Below are positions 7,306 through 15,818 of a stretch of 32,000 nucleotides of DNA, piece by piece. Below the pieces are notes generated by a model, which had not been told where the DNA came from, made no database searches, and saw nothing but the letters and a program-made list of their open reading frames with translations. The position numbers and the translations under genes are program-made. Each line of letters starts with the position of its first letter. Position 1 is the first letter of the stretch. The DNA comes from Pseudidiomarina andamanensis (lineage in GTDB: Bacteria > Pseudomonadota > Gammaproteobacteria > Enterobacterales > Alteromonadaceae), in contig NZ_CP032551.1 of assembly GCF_009734345.1 (NCBI RefSeq), positions 1,800,001 through 1,832,000 of the forward strand, given 5' to 3'.

Positions 7306-9294
7306 ATGTTTGTAAGCAGTCACTTACTGATTTTATCAACGCTGGCTTCGGCCAGCGTTGCTGTTGATGAAGTCATTGTGGTGAACCAAAGTCGTCCACG
7401 GACGGCGCTTGAAACACCTGCATCGGTGAGCAATCGTGACGTTGACGATCAACCTTCAGGCCTGCGCATTGATGCTGCTGAATTACTGAAAGGTTTAGCG
7501 GCTGTGCAAGCAGACTCACGGGCGAATTATGCGCAAGATACACGGATTACATTGCGTGGTTTTGGTGCTCGTTCAGCTTTTGGTGTGCGCGGCGTTATTT
7601 TGCAACTTGATGGTATACCTCTGACCATGCCGGATGGACAAGCGCAAACGTCGAGTATTCTGTTAGATGAACCGCGTAACGTACAGATCATTCGTGGACC
7701 ACTGGCAACCATTTACGGCAATAGTGCCGGTGGTATGATTCAATGGTTTAGTGAGCGCCCTGATAGTTCTGGGCTGCGTTTCGATGCCATGTTTGGTGCC
7801 AACTCAACCGAGCGCCAACTAGTACAGGGCGAATGGGTGACCGATGGCAACGCAGTGCGACTAACCGGTACTCGTTTACGTACCGATGGGCCGCGTGACC
7901 ATAACCGTGCAGAGCGTGATCAACTCGCATTGCGTTGGTATCACGATGTAACCGATTCAATTGAAATGATTGTGCGCTTAGATGATAACTATGCGCCTTT
8001 CTTACAAGATCCAGGTTCGCTGACGCCAGAAGATTGGCAGGTTGACCCAACCCAGACCTTCGCCGGTGCCACTCGTTTTAACACTCGCAAAAATATTCAC
8101 CACCAACAAGCATCTGTTTCATTGCGTAGCACCGATGGATGGCATGTGAGTACATGGAAGGGCTGGCGCGAAATAGAGCAGTACTTGCCGTTCCCTGGCA
8201 CAGATATTCGTGGCTCTGGGGCTGTGATTGACTTGCGTCGTAGCTTTATTGGTATGGATGCCAGCTATGATTACGATTGGTCGCTGGTTACGCCACTCAC
8301 GACAACCTTTGGCATTCATCACGCAGAACAAGATGATCGTCGCTTTGGTTACACCAATAACTTTGGTGAACGTGGTGATTTACGTCGTAACGAACTCGGT
8401 GAAGTCACACAACAAGCCGCGTATACCTTGTGGGATTGGCAGCCAAGCGAACAGCTAACGCTGCTTGGCGGGCTACGCTACAGTGAGGTTGAATTCGCCG
8501 TGGATGATTATTTTATCGTGCCTGAAAATCCCGACGATAGCGGCGAGCAACGTCAACATGCTTGGAGCTGGAGTCTTGGTGCCAATTATGCGTTAACGGA
8601 TGCGTGGTCGGTGTTTGCTGCTCGTGGTAATGGCTTTGAAACGGCCACGCTCACTGAAATGGCCTACAGCAACACAGAAACCGGCCTAAATACCAACCTC
8701 GGTGCTGCGTATAACCAACAGTGGGAAGTTGGCGTGAAATGGCAAGCGTCGACCGTGCAAGCTCAGCTGACCGCATTTGTGATTGATACCACCGACGAAA
8801 TTGTTGTCGACCAGAGTCTTGATGGCCGCACGACCTACACCAATGCTGGTTTAACCAAGCGTGACGGAGTGGAGTTCGAGGTGAATTGGCTAGCGCATGA
8901 ACAGTGGCAGTGGCGCGGCGCGGCAACTTTACTCAGCGCTGAATATGCCAACGGTGCACGTTTACCTGGCGTCGCTGAACAGCAGTTTTTCAGTCAGCTC
9001 GACTGGAATTACCGTCCGCAACAGCGCCTCAGTTTAATCACTGAATATCGCGGTGACATTACCGCCACCGACGCCAATGATGTGATTGCGCCGAGCCATA
9101 CGCTCTGGCATTTAAACTGGCGCGGCTCCTACGCCATGGGTGACTGGCAAGTGAGCCCGTGGCTAAATTTGCACAACCTGACCGATGAGATTTACGTTGG
9201 CTCCGTGGTGGTGAATCAGGGCAATGGCCGCGCCTTTGAACCTGGTGTTGGCCGCGAGCTGCAAGTAGGCGTGCAACTTAATCGTCGCTGGTAA
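7306..9294 (+). CDS. TonB-dependent outer-membrane receptor (resembles the YncD/PqqU type, from memory)
   Basis: Signal peptide; TonB-box-like DEVIVV; plug motifs NYAQDTRITLRGFGARS, DGIPLTMPDGQAQTS, IRGPLATIYGNSAGG. The C-terminal barrel ends in ...QLNRRW. The start lies 2 nt after the dehydrogenase stop. Confidence 0.85.
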   Translation: MFVSSHLLILSTLASASVAVDEVIVVNQSRPRTALETPASVSNRDVDDQPSGLRIDAAELLKGLAAVQADSRANYAQDTRITLRGFGARSAFGVRGVILQLDGIPLTMPDGQAQTSSILLDEPRNVQIIRGPLATIYGNSAGGMIQWFSERPDSSGLRFDAMFGANSTERQLVQGEWVTDGNAVRLTGTRLRTDGPRDHNRAERDQLALRWYHDVTDSIEMIVRLDDNYAPFLQDPGSLTPEDWQVDPTQTFAGATRFNTRKNIHHQQASVSLRSTDGWHVSTWKGWREIEQYLPFPGTDIRGSGAVIDLRRSFIGMDASYDYDWSLVTPLTTTFGIHHAEQDDRRFGYTNNFGERGDLRRNELGEVTQQAAYTLWDWQPSEQLTLLGGLRYSEVEFAVDDYFIVPENPDDSGEQRQHAWSWSLGANYALTDAWSVFAARGNGFETATLTEMAYSNTETGLNTNLGAAYNQQWEVGVKWQASTVQAQLTAFVIDTTDEIVVDQSLDGRTTYTNAGLTKRDGVEFEVNWLAHEQWQWRGAATLLSAEYANGARLPGVAEQQFFSQLDWNYRPQQRLSLITEYRGDITATDANDVIAPSHTLWHLNWRGSYAMGDWQVSPWLNLHNLTDEIYVGSVVVNQGNGRAFEPGVGRELQVGVQLNRRW

Positions 9295-9320
9295 GCCATC
9301 GCTCGATATCTTATAGCAAT

Positions 9321-9348
9321 AAAAAAGCCACCTTCTGGTGGCTTTTTT
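9321..9348. terminator. Bidirectional rho-independent terminator
   Basis: AAAAAAGCCACC-TTCT-GGTGGCTTTTTT, placed between convergent genes. Confidence 0.85.
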
Positions 9349-9360
9349 AATAGCGGTTAT

Positions 9361-10041
9361 TTAACTCTTAAGTTTTTTCAGTAGCTGCTCGGCAACTGCC
9401 TCTGAACTCGCCGGGTTCTGGCCCGTGATCAGATTGCCATCCACCACAGCGTAGGGCTTCCAATCATCAACTTTTTCATAAAGGCCGCCCAACTCTTTTA
9501 ACTTATCTTCCAGCAAGAATGGCACTACGTCGGTTAGCCCAACCGCAGCCTCTTCGCTATTGGTAAAACCACTTACTTTACGGCCTTTTACGAGCGGCTC
9601 ACCCGCCGGCGTTTTGGCGTTCACTAGTACGGCAGGCGCATGGCAAACTGCAGCGACTGGCTTTTCTTGTTCCCAAAATTGTTGAATGAGACCAATGGAT
9701 AAGGGGTCTTGGCTTAAATCCCATAGCGGACCATGACCTCCTGGATAGAAAATCGCATCGAATTCATCCGCTGTCACATCACTTAATTTGAGCGTGTTGG
9801 CAAGTTGCGTCATTGCTGCTTCGTCTTCAAACAAACGTACCGTTGCATTCGTCTGTGCATCAGCTTGTTCACTATTCGGATCAATTGGCGGCTGTCCACC
9901 TTTCGGGCTGGCTAACACGACTTCAGCGCCAGCATCTTTAAAGGCGTAGTAGGGCGCGGCAAATTCTTCCGCCCAAAAACCCGTTTTATGGTCACTGTCA
10001 CCGAGCTGCTCGTGCGAAGTTAAAACCATTAAAATTTTCAT
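9361..10041 (-). CDS. DJ-1/PfpI family protein (Hsp31-like class I glutamine amidotransferase fold)
   Basis: Motifs: MKILMVLTSH...GFWAEEF, FYPGGHGPLWD, and the nucleophile elbow AAVCHAPA. SD AGGAG lies upstream. Confidence 0.8.
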   Translation of the reverse strand: MKILMVLTSHEQLGDSDHKTGFWAEEFAAPYYAFKDAGAEVVLASPKGGQPPIDPNSEQADAQTNATVRLFEDEAAMTQLANTLKLSDVTADEFDAIFYPGGHGPLWDLSQDPLSIGLIQQFWEQEKPVAAVCHAPAVLVNAKTPAGEPLVKGRKVSGFTNSEEAAVGLTDVVPFLLEDKLKELGGLYEKVDDWKPYAVVDGNLITGQNPASSEAVAEQLLKKLKS

Positions 10042-10121
10042 GAGCTTGCTCCTATTTTATTGCTTCGTGTTAGAGTTACATGGATGCTACAACATACTTT
10101 TTCAAGTAAGGAACAGATCAC

Positions 10122-10616
10122 ATGGCAATCGCGTGGAAGCCTGTTGAACCCAGTTATAAAACTTATCTTCAACTCATCGTACTTATCGACATGCTCATAC
10201 TCGCAGCTATCGGTATCGGTATTTATGTGTTTGTCCCCACCACCAGTTGGTTACCAAACCCGCTCTGGTTCGGTATTCCATGGGTTGCTTTGACGCTGTT
10301 TTTTGGATTGTTTTGGTCCGCGCGCCGATTCCAATTTACCGCCTATGCTCGCACTGCTGAAGCGATGTATTTACGCCGTGGTGCACTTTGGCGATTAACG
10401 CGTGCCGTTCCTTTGAACCGCATACAACATGTTGAAGTTCGGCAAGGCTTCATTGAGCGCACGCTCGGTCTAGCCCATTTGACACTTTATACAGCAGGGA
10501 GCGGCGGTGCCGATTTAAGTATTCCTGGCTTAAAACTCAATGATGCTGAGCAGATGAAAGCATCTCTGGTGAATACAATTGCTGACGAACCGACAGAAGA
10601 TGATGACCATGCCTGA
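10122..10616 (+). CDS. Membrane protein with bacterial PH domain (bPH_2, YdbS-like)
   Basis: Two N-terminal TM helices, then YLRRGALWRLTRAVPLNRIQHVEVRQGFIERTLGLAHLTLYTAG, which is the pattern I associate with PF03703. Confidence 0.7.
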   Translation: MAIAWKPVEPSYKTYLQLIVLIDMLILAAIGIGIYVFVPTTSWLPNPLWFGIPWVALTLFFGLFWSARRFQFTAYARTAEAMYLRRGALWRLTRAVPLNRIQHVEVRQGFIERTLGLAHLTLYTAGSGGADLSIPGLKLNDAEQMKASLVNTIADEPTEDDDHA

Positions 10617-12090
10617 GCTAACTTGGCAACGCACGCCACTTCTTACCATCGGCTTCTTTATTGCAAAAGAAGTACGTCATTTGATTCGTAATATCACGAA
10701 TTTATTGCCGGTACTCGCCGTGATATTTGTCAGCAACAGTGCGTGGTTATCTTATGCGGTTGGAGGTGGTTACCTCGCCTTCATTATTATTAGTGCCATT
10801 CTTAATCACCACTTCTTTTTGTACGCGCTTGCTGATGATGCGGTGCATCTGCGTACAGGCGTATTCGGAAAGAAAAGCCTGACCTTAAAATATGAGCGCA
10901 TTCAACAAGCAGAGATCGACCAAAGTTGGTATTTCCGACCATTCGGTTTAGTTATTTTACGCGTGGATAGTGCCGGTTCGGCTGGAAAAGAAGTCGAGAT
11001 TCCAGGCTTATCCATCGACGCCGCTCAGCAGCTTCGGCAACGTATGCTGTCACACGCACACAGCAACCATCGCGAACCAGAGGCAGGAGAAATTGAACTG
11101 AAAAGTGAAGCGTCTCCAGAGACTGAGGTTGTCTTCTCGTTAAAAGAAATCATCCGCGCTGGCATTATGGACAATAAGATCTTCGTGCTGCTGGCTGTAC
11201 TCATCTATCCGCTCTCGCAAACCGATGTTTTAGAGGAAACTGTGGTGCCTTGGCTAGAGGCCAATATCGCGTTTCTTGAAGAAAGTTTATGGTTAAACGT
11301 CGCACTCATTGTAGCCGCGCCGATAGTACTCTTTGTGCTAGCTATCGGGGTCACATTAGTACGTTATTACAATCTGCACTTCAGTATCCTCAACAAGCGC
11401 TATCAAGCAAAAGCTGGTTTATTTACCATTCGCACCGTCAGTTTTCGCTATCAAAAGCTACAGCGAGTTCAACTTCGACAAAACCTACGAGGGCGTTTAC
11501 TCAAGCGCTTTAGTCTGCGAGTGAGTCAACTACAACCCTCCGCTCACGCCCAGCAGCAAACAGGTAACGCATCGTTCATTTTACCGGTACTGACCCAATC
11601 ATTGGTCAGCAATCTCTGTCAATGGTTGCAACTGCCGCGCCATACCAATCTGAATTGGCAGCGGATTCCTTTTATCGCGTTGCTGAGTCCGTCATTTTGG
11701 ATTGCGCTTGTTGCCCCTAGCGCTTTGGCGGCTGCTTACTTTAATGACGTGCCACTGACATGGAGTTTGCTCGGTGCCGTTTCGCTTTGGCTGATGTTGC
11801 AAAGTTACGCTATTGCTCGCTGGCGCAACTACGGTTTTACCTTCGATAACGGCTGGTTGGCGATAAAGCGCGGCGTGTTTGGGCGTAAAGAAAATTGGTA
11901 TCCATTGTACAAAGTACAGCAAATTGATGTTTACCAATCGCCCTGGCTACGATTATTAGGTTATGCCGATATTCTTGTGCATACCGCCGCCGGTGCTGAA
12001 GTGATTAAGTATCAGCCGGCGCAGCTAGCCAAACAACTGCAACAGGATTGGACGGGACAAATCGGACGAAATCACCAGCGCTGGTTGTAA
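10609..12090 (+). CDS. Membrane protein with three bPH_2 repeats (YdbT-like)
   Basis: The unit TM-pair + ...Y.RIQ..E..Q....R..GL..L.V.. occurs three times. The ATG at 10609 overlaps the upstream stop by 8 nt. The track's 10579 start is also possible. Confidence 0.7.
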   Translation: MPELTWQRTPLLTIGFFIAKEVRHLIRNITNLLPVLAVIFVSNSAWLSYAVGGGYLAFIIISAILNHHFFLYALADDAVHLRTGVFGKKSLTLKYERIQQAEIDQSWYFRPFGLVILRVDSAGSAGKEVEIPGLSIDAAQQLRQRMLSHAHSNHREPEAGEIELKSEASPETEVVFSLKEIIRAGIMDNKIFVLLAVLIYPLSQTDVLEETVVPWLEANIAFLEESLWLNVALIVAAPIVLFVLAIGVTLVRYYNLHFSILNKRYQAKAGLFTIRTVSFRYQKLQRVQLRQNLRGRLLKRFSLRVSQLQPSAHAQQQTGNASFILPVLTQSLVSNLCQWLQLPRHTNLNWQRIPFIALLSPSFWIALVAPSALAAAYFNDVPLTWSLLGAVSLWLMLQSYAIARWRNYGFTFDNGWLAIKRGVFGRKENWYPLYKVQQIDVYQSPWLRLLGYADILVHTAAGAEVIKYQPAQLAKQLQQDWTGQIGRNHQRWL

Positions 12091-12114
12091 GGTGGGAGTT
12101 AGGTCATGAAACGC

Positions 12115-13524
12115 CTAATTAATACTCCCAACCCGTTTCATGGCGCCCCAATGATGTTTTCGTCCACGTGCCCATTGCCAAAAGCCGCGCATACGCCACC
12201 AACTATTGAGCTGTCGGTAACCAAAGTTTTCCAAAACAGCGACCACGATAAGTTGTGCGAGTGCGCGATTTGAAGAGTAGGTTTTGAATGTCAGTTCTTC
12301 GAGTATTAACGAAAAAACGGACATTAATACACCAAATCCAAAAGCTGCGACAATAAAGGTGAGGGTAAAGCTGATACTTACCGCTCCGGTGACATAAAAG
12401 TATGCCGATAACGCATAGGCCAGTAACTCAAGTAAAGGTCCGAGCCCCTCAAACAGCAACATAAACGGATAGGCAAGCCAGCCAACGGTGCGCCCGCGCA
12501 ACGAGAAAAATAACCGACTGTTGCGGGTTAAGCTTTCAAGAAGACCGCGCTGCCATCGAATTCGCTGATTTTTTAAAGTTTGTAAATCTTCCGGTGCTTC
12601 GGTCCAACAAACCGGATCAGGTATGAAAGCAATATGATACGGCTTATTCTTCTGTTGAAAGTGGCGATGTAACCTGAGCACGAGTTCCATATCTTCACCA
12701 ATGGTTGCCGTTTGATAGCCACCGCAATCTAACACTGCGCGCTTTTGAAATAAGCCAAAAGCACCAGAGATAATCAACATACCGTTGAGTGGCGACCACC
12801 CCATTCGGCCGAACAAAAATGCTCGCAAGTATTCAATCACTTGGAATTTCGCAAGCCACGACTTAGGTAATCCGACTTGGGTTAGCAAGCCATGACGGAC
12901 TTGTGAGCCATTCGCGATTCGAATCGAACCACCTACCGCAATCGTTTCAACACGATCAATAAAAGGTCGGACAATTCGCTGCAAACTATCTCGTTGTAAA
13001 ATCGAATCGGCATCAACTGCACAAAAGAGCGGATATTTTGAAGCATTAATGCCCGCATTCAACGCATCGGCTTTTCCGCCGTTCTGTTTATCAATTACCC
13101 GTAACTGGGGATATTCCTCGGAGCGATAGACACCACGAATCGCTTGCGTTTTCAGTTGCTGACGATAGGCCTCAGTGTGCAAATGGAGATTAAATGCTTG
13201 TTGAAGATGTTTTAAGGTGTCGTCCTTTGACCCATCATTGACAACAATGACCTCATAGCGCGCATAATCAAGCTGCAAGATACTCTTCACTGAAGCGACG
13301 ATACTCGCCGATTCATTGTAAGCCGGCACTAAAACCGACACAGGTGGCAACAGCGGACCATAACTTTCTGGTAAAAGCGTGTTGTCGTAATCTTCCATAT
13401 AACGTCGAATCGCGCGATAGCTCATGACGTTGAGCAAGAAATAAATGGCGGTTAACCCTAAAAAGTACACAATGAATAAAAGCTGAGCGATCTCGAGCCA
13501 AGTTAAATGACTATAAGACGCCAT
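12115..13524 (-). CDS. Processive family-2 glycosyltransferase (PgaC/NodC/BcsA-like membrane polysaccharide synthase)
   Basis: Motifs: VSVLVPAYNE, VIVVNDGSKDDT, AVDADS (DxD), IGEDMEL, NQRIRWQRG (QxxRW). There is one N-terminal TM and about four C-terminal TMs. The ATG at 13524 (MASYSHLTWLEI) overlaps the upstream gene's end by 14 nt. Confidence 0.85.
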   Translation of the reverse strand: MASYSHLTWLEIAQLLFIVYFLGLTAIYFLLNVMSYRAIRRYMEDYDNTLLPESYGPLLPPVSVLVPAYNESASIVASVKSILQLDYARYEVIVVNDGSKDDTLKHLQQAFNLHLHTEAYRQQLKTQAIRGVYRSEEYPQLRVIDKQNGGKADALNAGINASKYPLFCAVDADSILQRDSLQRIVRPFIDRVETIAVGGSIRIANGSQVRHGLLTQVGLPKSWLAKFQVIEYLRAFLFGRMGWSPLNGMLIISGAFGLFQKRAVLDCGGYQTATIGEDMELVLRLHRHFQQKNKPYHIAFIPDPVCWTEAPEDLQTLKNQRIRWQRGLLESLTRNSRLFFSLRGRTVGWLAYPFMLLFEGLGPLLELLAYALSAYFYVTGAVSISFTLTFIVAAFGFGVLMSVFSLILEELTFKTYSSNRALAQLIVVAVLENFGYRQLNSWWRMRGFWQWARGRKHHWGAMKRVGSIN

Positions 13525-14569
13525 ATCGAATCTCCGTCGCGACTTGCTGCAGCATTGTTTTCGCGTACTCATCCGTTAAAGCTTCAGAGCGCTTCAACAA
13601 GGCATCAATGTCAGCGTTGGGCTGTTCGAGCAAGCCCTCGGCAGCCCGATAACGAACCCACCATGAGCTATCACACAGAAGCGTCCACAAAAGCTCGCTA
13701 TCCTGCGGTTCAGCTAAGCGCGCTAGCGCAGCTGTTGCTTGTATGCGTATCGGATTGATATCGCTGCGCGCATAAACTCGAACGATTGGTAATAATTTAG
13801 GAGTCGAAATAAGGGCCAGAGTCGCAGCGACCACGTCGACATTATCCGAAAATTTATCAAGAATTTGTCGGATAAACGTTTCTGACATCGGCAACTCCAT
13901 CCCTTTTATCACCCTCAGTAGATACCCTGCATGTTGCGGTGAGTTGGCCAAAATACTCTGACTAGTCGCTTCACTGAGAAGTTTTGGTGGGCATTCGCGC
14001 AAGATGGTCACGAGCCTTTCAGGCGCAATGAAATGAACGTTTTTTAACAACAAGGGTAGGGCTGTTTTTGCGTCATAGCGCATCAGCGCTCGCAGTGCCG
14101 TGAGAATAACCATACTGCTGTGGTGATCCGTCAACTCTGCCAAGCGAATGACCGCTTTGGCTGACATGTGCTGCAAATCGCCCAACGCGATACAACAGGC
14201 AATCAGATGCCGCGTATTATCCGATTTCATAACGCCTAAAATCCGCGGTTCAAACTTTAGCGTATCGGCCAGTCGTTGCAGGCCATCATCTGCATCGCCG
14301 CGCACATATTGATGCATCTGTGACCACTTCTGAATCACCCACAAAAAGATATCAATATTGGTCTTAAACTCTTTCGCGCGAATAGGATCTAATTCAATCG
14401 CTTCACGTTTATCGCAGGCTCGAAATAGAACCATTTGCCAATAATGTTTACGCTGTTCAATTTCGTCCTGGCGCTGTTGATGTTGACGTCGTAAATAGAA
14501 CAACACAACCAACGTAAAAAGAACCGCAACTAGAATGAATAGCGCAATGGAAGAAATAATGGTGAACAT
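13511..14569 (-). CDS. Single-pass membrane protein with a cytoplasmic alpha-helical repeat (HEAT/ARM-like) domain, function unknown
   Basis: N-terminal TM IISSIALFILVAVLFTLVVLFYL followed by RRQHQQRQ. The remainder is Leu/Ala-rich helical repeats (e.g. ...ILTALRALMRY.., ..VVAATLALIS.., ..RIQATAALARLAEP.., ..WWVRYRAAEGL). The ATG at 14569 is preferred. The track start at 14596 is a TTG. Confidence 0.65.
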   Translation of the reverse strand: MFTIISSIALFILVAVLFTLVVLFYLRRQHQQRQDEIEQRKHYWQMVLFRACDKREAIELDPIRAKEFKTNIDIFLWVIQKWSQMHQYVRGDADDGLQRLADTLKFEPRILGVMKSDNTRHLIACCIALGDLQHMSAKAVIRLAELTDHHSSMVILTALRALMRYDAKTALPLLLKNVHFIAPERLVTILRECPPKLLSEATSQSILANSPQHAGYLLRVIKGMELPMSETFIRQILDKFSDNVDVVAATLALISTPKLLPIVRVYARSDINPIRIQATAALARLAEPQDSELLWTLLCDSSWWVRYRAAEGLLEQPNADIDALLKRSEALTDEYAKTMLQQVATEIRYGVL

Positions 14570-14573
14570 TTGC

Positions 14574-15347
14574 TCAGAAGTGATAGCGAACACCAAATTG
14601 CGTCCCTATTCGGTCGTAATAATCACCTTGTTGTTGAAAGCTAAACGCCCAACGCCAATCCCAACTTTGATTCAATTCATGTAAACCGTACAACGCAATA
14701 CCTTTAACGCTGGTTGCAACAATCTCATTTGCGTTGATTTTTTCGATTTCATCACCCGCATTTAATGCAACTGTCCAGTGACTGCGTTTGCGGTAGTAAT
14801 AACTCAAGCTGGCTTGGTGCGACAATCCATCACCGTCGCCAGCTTGTAGCTGTTCATACCGAATTCTATAAGCCCAGCGCCAGCGATTAATATACCGCTC
14901 TAAACCTAGACTATACCCTTGGCTAGTACTACTCGACCAACTGTTACGATGCACACCAATACTGGCGATGTAGCCATTACCTAATTCACGTGATGCATAA
15001 CCGTTGACACTATATTCAGGCCGCACGCGCTTTGTAGAGGAATAGGACACTTCAAGTTGGCTTTGCCAGAGTTCACTGATTCGAAAATAACTGCCGACGT
15101 ACCATTCATTATCAAATTGTGAGAAGCGCTCCGTTCGTTGGTAGCGCGCATAACCCAGCCAATCGGGTGATAATTGCGTTTCGTAATTCAAATAACCAAG
15201 TGACCAATCGGTGTAATGACCACTTAGCGAATCTTGGCCAGCACCAAATTCGAATGAACTGTTGGTATCGCTACTCGCTAAAATTGGCGTCGACATGGTG
15301 ACGATGAACGTCGCAACAACAAAGTTAAACCATCCAGATTTAGTCAC
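14574..15347 (-). CDS. Small outer-membrane beta-barrel protein (YaiO-like by size and architecture)
   Basis: Signal peptide FNFVVATFIVTMSTPILA-SS. The body has alternating aromatic/polar beta-strand patterns, and the terminal residue is an aromatic ...GVRYHF. At 257 aa it matches the size of E. coli YaiO. The GTG start forms a GTGA overlap with the upstream stop. Confidence 0.65.
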   Translation of the reverse strand: MTKSGWFNFVVATFIVTMSTPILASSDTNSSFEFGAGQDSLSGHYTDWSLGYLNYETQLSPDWLGYARYQRTERFSQFDNEWYVGSYFRISELWQSQLEVSYSSTKRVRPEYSVNGYASRELGNGYIASIGVHRNSWSSSTSQGYSLGLERYINRWRWAYRIRYEQLQAGDGDGLSHQASLSYYYRKRSHWTVALNAGDEIEKINANEIVATSVKGIALYGLHELNQSWDWRWAFSFQQQGDYYDRIGTQFGVRYHF

Positions 15348-15739
15348 TCCTGCGAGCTCCTCTTTATTTGCAGTAGTTTCCGAATACGCGCCTGTAACTC
15401 TTTGGGTTGAAATGGCTTAATGACATAGTCATTCGCTCCTTCATCCAACGCACTGGCAATATCATCTTCATCTTGCAGGTCCGTTAATACCAGGATCGGG
15501 ATATGATTAATCTGCGTTGTACGACGAATCCAACGAAGCAGTTGACGACCGGTAATTATCGGCAATAAAAGATCAAGAATAATTAAATGATAGGAGGGGT
15601 TCTCACGAAGTTCCTTTTGGGCATAGTCGCCATCACTGACCGTCTTCACCTGATAGCCCTCTCGACTCAGCAAAAACTCTAACAACTCACGCAACGTTTG
15701 ATTATTTTCAACAATCAAAATTTGTTTTGTTACCGACAT
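15344..15739 (-). CDS. Stand-alone CheY-like receiver protein
   Basis: Motifs: ILIVENN, LIILDLLLP (phospho-acceptor Asp), ILVLTD (Thr), YVIKPF (Lys). There is no output domain. The ATG at 15739 is preferred over the TTG at 15742. Confidence 0.85.
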   Translation of the reverse strand: MSVTKQILIVENNQTLRELLEFLLSREGYQVKTVSDGDYAQKELRENPSYHLIILDLLLPIITGRQLLRWIRRTTQINHIPILVLTDLQDEDDIASALDEGANDYVIKPFQPKELQARIRKLLQIKRSSQE

Positions 15740-15818
15740 CAAATAACCGCTTCCTAAATCGCTCGCATAGACTTAAAACTAGCAGAGTAGGAACGTTCGC
15801 TCAAATTTTGAAAACTTT

